DNA from: an uncultured bacterium
GTDB lineage: Bacteria > Hydrogenedentota > Hydrogenedentia > Hydrogenedentales > CAILVY01
NCBI GenBank assembly: GCA_937951485.1
Contig: CALEDJ010000015.1
Coordinates: 45,311-109,310 of the forward strand
DNA: 64,000 nt
Reading direction: 5' to 3'
Shown: positions 61,601-64,000 of the stretch, piece after piece
How positions within the stretch are numbered: the first letter of the stretch is position 1
Layout of the letters: each line of letters opens with the position of its first letter
Notes under the pieces: model-generated
What the model was told of the DNA's origin: nothing
The model's input: only the letters and a program-made list of their open reading frames with translations
Databases searched by the model: none
Position numbers and translations under genes: made by a program

Positions 61601-62065
61601 ATCATGATCGAGTTTCCCGCCACCGACCACCGCATCATGTTCTGGCAGTGCTGGAAATATGGCGCGGAAGGGTTCCTGTATTGGGGCACGACGTTCTGGG
61701 AATACAACATCACCGGGGAGGGGCGCTGGCCGGATCGGCCCTGGATACCCTATAACAGTCAGCCTGGTCACAACGGCTGCGGTTATCTCATTTATCCCGG
61801 TCCGGACGGACAGCCCCTGTCTTCGATCCGGCTCGCCATGGTGCGCGACGGCATCGAGGACTATGAGATGCTCCACCTGCTGAAATCACTGCTGGAGCAG
61901 AAACGCGCCCGTGCGCCGGAAGCGTTGTGCAACCACGCCGACAAGGCGCTGGCCATCCCCCCGGCGGTCGTGGCCGATCACAAGAACTTCACTGGGGATC
62001 CGGAACTAATCCTGGATGCGCGACGGCAAGCCGCCGCGCTGATCGAAGAACTCGCAGGAGTGTAG
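58649..62065 (+). CDS. Secreted FG-GAP/VCBS-repeat beta-propeller protein fused to a DUF4091-type glycoside-hydrolase-like C-terminal domain
   Basis: Signal peptide MKRKFWRRVMLVSFTLAALLAARTEAQA. At least 7 repeats of the form (A/G)xP(S/V)(L/V)AD(L/Y)DGDG...E(I/V). The C-terminal roughly 450 aa have DUF4091-like motifs (FWQCWKYGAEGFLYWGTTFWE). AAGGAGAAAGG RBS. Confidence 0.6.
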   Translation: MKRKFWRRVMLVSFTLAALLAARTEAQARLKWSYETTGKIYASPILADLDGDGAVEIIVAASRDQRLLCLNGQGELLWSFQLDDGNRDGFQATPSVADYDGDGRQEVFWLTRGGTAGCVDYQGRLVWRVTMGDEMDYTGPVLADLNNDGRLEIVFGSESGTLYCLNDTGRVLWRKQHVGDMRGIPAVARIGDAPAMRVYAVFGGGVEACFDAEGNTLWAHEEGLPARQRRSGVSIGDLNGDGRLETVSATEDFQVVARDAETGEERWRFKGKGRIDQTCSFALADFDGSGRLDVVTGDSSGHVYRLRDGEAVWMTDTGGGVVQGPAIGDVNGDGRLDVLVSSRSNRMLCLDGDTGAIQWDFPTPAAPLTTPALGDVDGDGTVDIILTSKDRFVYCLNAGGKYDPARLPWPMMNRDPQLSGNMMGARFEIAPAPQPPETPVAPVSLEAFGPLRMGRNPLQFSFHNDSHRRRRLEAVTSVQRPDGSVITHRAADECTPYETRTQSFELEVLESGPYRLDLCLIDAGTGAILAATDTITEVKAFAVERAEAQTWFEEGTQLADAIANEALHDRARRALASAWDTADTALRAAEAAAHPDRRTLITVRAAQAGLCRTLAKLRAVHATPGPADAFAAVPETSMRKVFMDEPCLLAPREARPLRVELARNEYESAQLIIVPLWTSLRGLRVRPNALRQENGAGVLPADAIQVHQVGYVEIGPPEYNWHVEKVGLYPDPLLPSMPEYIPAGQDAQPFYITVKTTADTPPGAYRGVVTVEADGANALEIPLAVKVWDFALPDKTTLKTSFWMKEAHIKAFYGYEGRTPFEVRKRYYDMHLDHRVGPLMALPLGGGDMLEDFEYVISRGQNNFFIHTPDLFGPEGRDEYREKALATRALIREKGWGDLALFYTHDEVAVMARHLIPQVVEVNNWVKSFLPDWPRLQTSAPEQALVGAVDVWCPTIDHFDPEMLATRMAQGDRLWFYTVWGRPGIMIEFPATDHRIMFWQCWKYGAEGFLYWGTTFWEYNITGEGRWPDRPWIPYNSQPGHNGCGYLIYPGPDGQPLSSIRLAMVRDGIEDYEMLHLLKSLLEQKRARAPEALCNHADKALAIPPAVVADHKNFTGDPELILDARRQAAALIEELAGV

Positions 62066-62136
62066 GGAAACACCGGAAAAGACCAGAGAGAACAGGACCA
62101 ATAGGACGCGCAGGACCCGCAGGTCGCATGTTCCAT

Positions 62137-62658
62137 TCAGCGCCCTTCTTTCATCGCCTTCAATCGCGCAATGGTGTCCGGATCCAGCCGGTCTTCCAGA
62201 CGATCAGGGGCGGGGTCCTTCCTGCTTTTCTGCATCGCGCCGGTAATGTCCTGTTTGGTCTCGCGCACAGTGGCGAGAAAGTTGTCGGCCTCCATCACCA
62301 GCGCGCCCATGCCCCGGCAGACCTCGCGCAGGCCGCGGTCGTTGCTGACCACCACGATATCAAGACGATTCCCGGCCTTGTACACCATGCGTTCGATAAC
62401 CGCATCGGCGGAGAGGTTGGCCGGGGAATAGACGATCTGCAATCCGGCGACGCCGGGCGGCGGCGGTGCATGTTGTGGTTGGTGGCGGCCGCGTCCGTCA
62501 AAAACGATTACCGCGCGCTTTCCGCTGCCCACGCAGAACAACGCCACTTTGTCAATCAGCGCATCCCGCGCGGCCTCAAAATCTTCCTGCGCAAGCGGGC
62601 GCAATAAAGACGACTTGTGCAGCACATTGTAGCCGTCAATGTAGTAAATTTCGGGCAT
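62137..62658 (-). CDS. NYN-domain (YacP/Rae1-like) ribonuclease-fold protein
   Basis: MPEIYYIDGYNVLHKS... start typical of YacP-like NYN proteins, with conserved Asp residues (FDGRG, VVSNDR). Confidence 0.7.
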   Translation of the reverse strand: MPEIYYIDGYNVLHKSSLLRPLAQEDFEAARDALIDKVALFCVGSGKRAVIVFDGRGRHQPQHAPPPPGVAGLQIVYSPANLSADAVIERMVYKAGNRLDIVVVSNDRGLREVCRGMGALVMEADNFLATVRETKQDITGAMQKSRKDPAPDRLEDRLDPDTIARLKAMKEGR

Positions 62659-62758
62659 GCACGGAATTCTTCCGAAAATCTCGTCAACGAAACCGGATCA
62701 TATGGGACTGTTCACTAATCAGCAGTACAAAAAATGCCCTGATATGAACATATAAGAC

Positions 62759-63961
62759 TTATGCTGTCTTCCCCAGAACCGCCGCTATCGCCGCACACAG
62801 GGTATCCATGTTTTCCTCGGTCATGCCCGCTACATTGATGCGACCCGATCCCACGATATAGATGGCGTATTCGTCGCGCAGGGCGGCAACCTGGTCCCTG
62901 TTCAATCCTGAGAAGGAAAACATCCCCTTTTGCCGGGTGATAAAGGAGAAGTCAGTTCGTACGCCCCTGGCCTGCAACGTGGCGACGAAAAGCCTGCGCA
63001 TGCCGTTGATGCGGTCACGCATGGCGGCGACTTCGCCTTCCCACTGCGCGCGGAGGTCGGGGTCGCCGAGCACCGTGCTGACAATGGCGCCGCCATGGGA
63101 CGGCGGGTTGCTGTAGTTTGCGCGGATGCACGCCTTGATGTGACTGAAGGCCCTGTCTGCGGCGTCCCGGGTCGCACCGACGACAGTCAATGCGCCGCAA
63201 CGCTCATTGTACAGGCCGAAATTTTTGGAAAATGAACTGCAAATCAGCATTTCGGCGCCCGTAGCACACAGCGTGCGCAATCCACGCGCATCTTCTTCCA
63301 GGCCGTCGCCGAAGCCCTGGTACGCGAAATCCACCACCGGCATCAGGGCGCGCCGCTGCACCAGCGCCGCGATGGCCTCCCACTGCGCCGGGTTTGGGTC
63401 CACGCCGCTGGGATTGTGACAGCAGGCATGCAACAACACCGCGTCGCCCTCCGGCGCAGATTCAAGACCGTTCAGCATCGCGTCGAAATCCAGGCATTTC
63501 CGTTGCGCGTCGTAATAGGGACAGGCCTTTGTCTCCACACCCGCCGCGCGGAAAACATTCGCGTGATTCTCCCACGTCGGCGTGCTCATCCACAGCGCCT
63601 TGGCGGGGAACATCCGTTTAATAAAATCCCCCGCCACCCGCAGCGCGCCCGTACCGCCGGGTGTGTGCGCCGTCGCCGCACGGTTGTTCTTTACGATTTC
63701 GTGATCGGCGCCAAAAAGCAACTCGCGCACCTTCGCGCCGAATTCCGGCGCGCCGGAGATCGGCAGATAACTCTTGGTGGATTCTTCCTGGAGCAGGCGC
63801 TTTTCCGCCGCTTTGACAGATTCCAGCACCGGCGTGCGGCCCGCCGCATCCTTGTACACGCCGACGCCAAGATTGATTTTATGGGGGCGGGGATCGTTCT
63901 TGAACGCTTCGGTCAGACCCAGAATCGGGTCCGGCGGCGCCATCTCCAACTGCTCGAACAT
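62759..63961 (-). CDS. aspC: Aspartate/aromatic-amino-acid aminotransferase (class I PLP enzyme, AspC/TyrB family)
   Basis: MFEQLEMAPPDPILGLTEAFKNDPRPHKINLGVGVYKDAAGRTPVLESVKAAE... is nearly colinear with the AspC N-terminus. A PLP-lysine region SFSKNFGLYNERCG is present. Confidence 0.9.
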   Translation of the reverse strand: MFEQLEMAPPDPILGLTEAFKNDPRPHKINLGVGVYKDAAGRTPVLESVKAAEKRLLQEESTKSYLPISGAPEFGAKVRELLFGADHEIVKNNRAATAHTPGGTGALRVAGDFIKRMFPAKALWMSTPTWENHANVFRAAGVETKACPYYDAQRKCLDFDAMLNGLESAPEGDAVLLHACCHNPSGVDPNPAQWEAIAALVQRRALMPVVDFAYQGFGDGLEEDARGLRTLCATGAEMLICSSFSKNFGLYNERCGALTVVGATRDAADRAFSHIKACIRANYSNPPSHGGAIVSTVLGDPDLRAQWEGEVAAMRDRINGMRRLFVATLQARGVRTDFSFITRQKGMFSFSGLNRDQVAALRDEYAIYIVGSGRINVAGMTEENMDTLCAAIAAVLGKTA

Positions 63962-64000
63962 ATTGCTTCCTTTCCTGTGCAAAAATTTCTTTGAATGGAA

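Overview
High-GC (about 62-65%) bacterial chromosomal window, dense with about 45 protein genes on both strands. Several protein families point to the Planctomycetota/Verrucomicrobiota/Kiritimatiellota-type lineages: an H-X9-DG prepilin-like protein, many sulfatases, DUF4091/FG-GAP proteins, a four-helix-bundle protein, and GT-C glycosyltransferases with TPR tails. Main blocks: (1) a Wood-Ljungdahl carbonyl-branch cluster cooC-acsB-acsC-RACo-acsE, followed by a Cys-rich small ORF, a DUF3786-like ORF and folD. Neither CODH (acsA) nor acsD lies in the window. (2) groES-groEL with a consensus sigma70 promoter, an upstream palindromic operator candidate and an intrinsic terminator. (3) an SDR gene and a LarA-like gene. 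(4) a c-di-GMP module (PilZ membrane protein, HD-GYP phosphodiesterase) flanking an unusual SAM-methyltransferase/ATP-grasp fusion. (5) an RND permease. (6) two tandem paralogous GT-C(PMT-like)+TPR proteins, a small Zn-ribbon protein, rlmB and a GT4 transferase. (7) a 1085-codon ORF in which a secreted protein with a PEP-CTERM-like tail runs, with no stop, into an H-X9-DG prepilin-type protein. (8) a sulfated-glycan-type locus with sulfatases, a ThuA-like surface protein, a FAD oxidoreductase and an FG-GAP/DUF4091 hydrolase. (9) a tRNA-Arg(TCT) next to a lower-GC gene encoding a PD-(D/E)xK nuclease fused to a DUF2075/Schlafen-like P-loop NTPase, a candidate defense gene. (10) two inverted arrays of a 9-bp tandem repeat (palindromic GTCSGAC core) that exactly flank a gene for a four-helix-bundle protein fused to a topoisomerase-type zinc ribbon, a candidate undescribed cassette. 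(11) DUF502 tandem paralogs, an SSS transporter, oppBC permeases, a NYN gene and aspC. Most long antisense ORFs in the track are high-GC artefacts.
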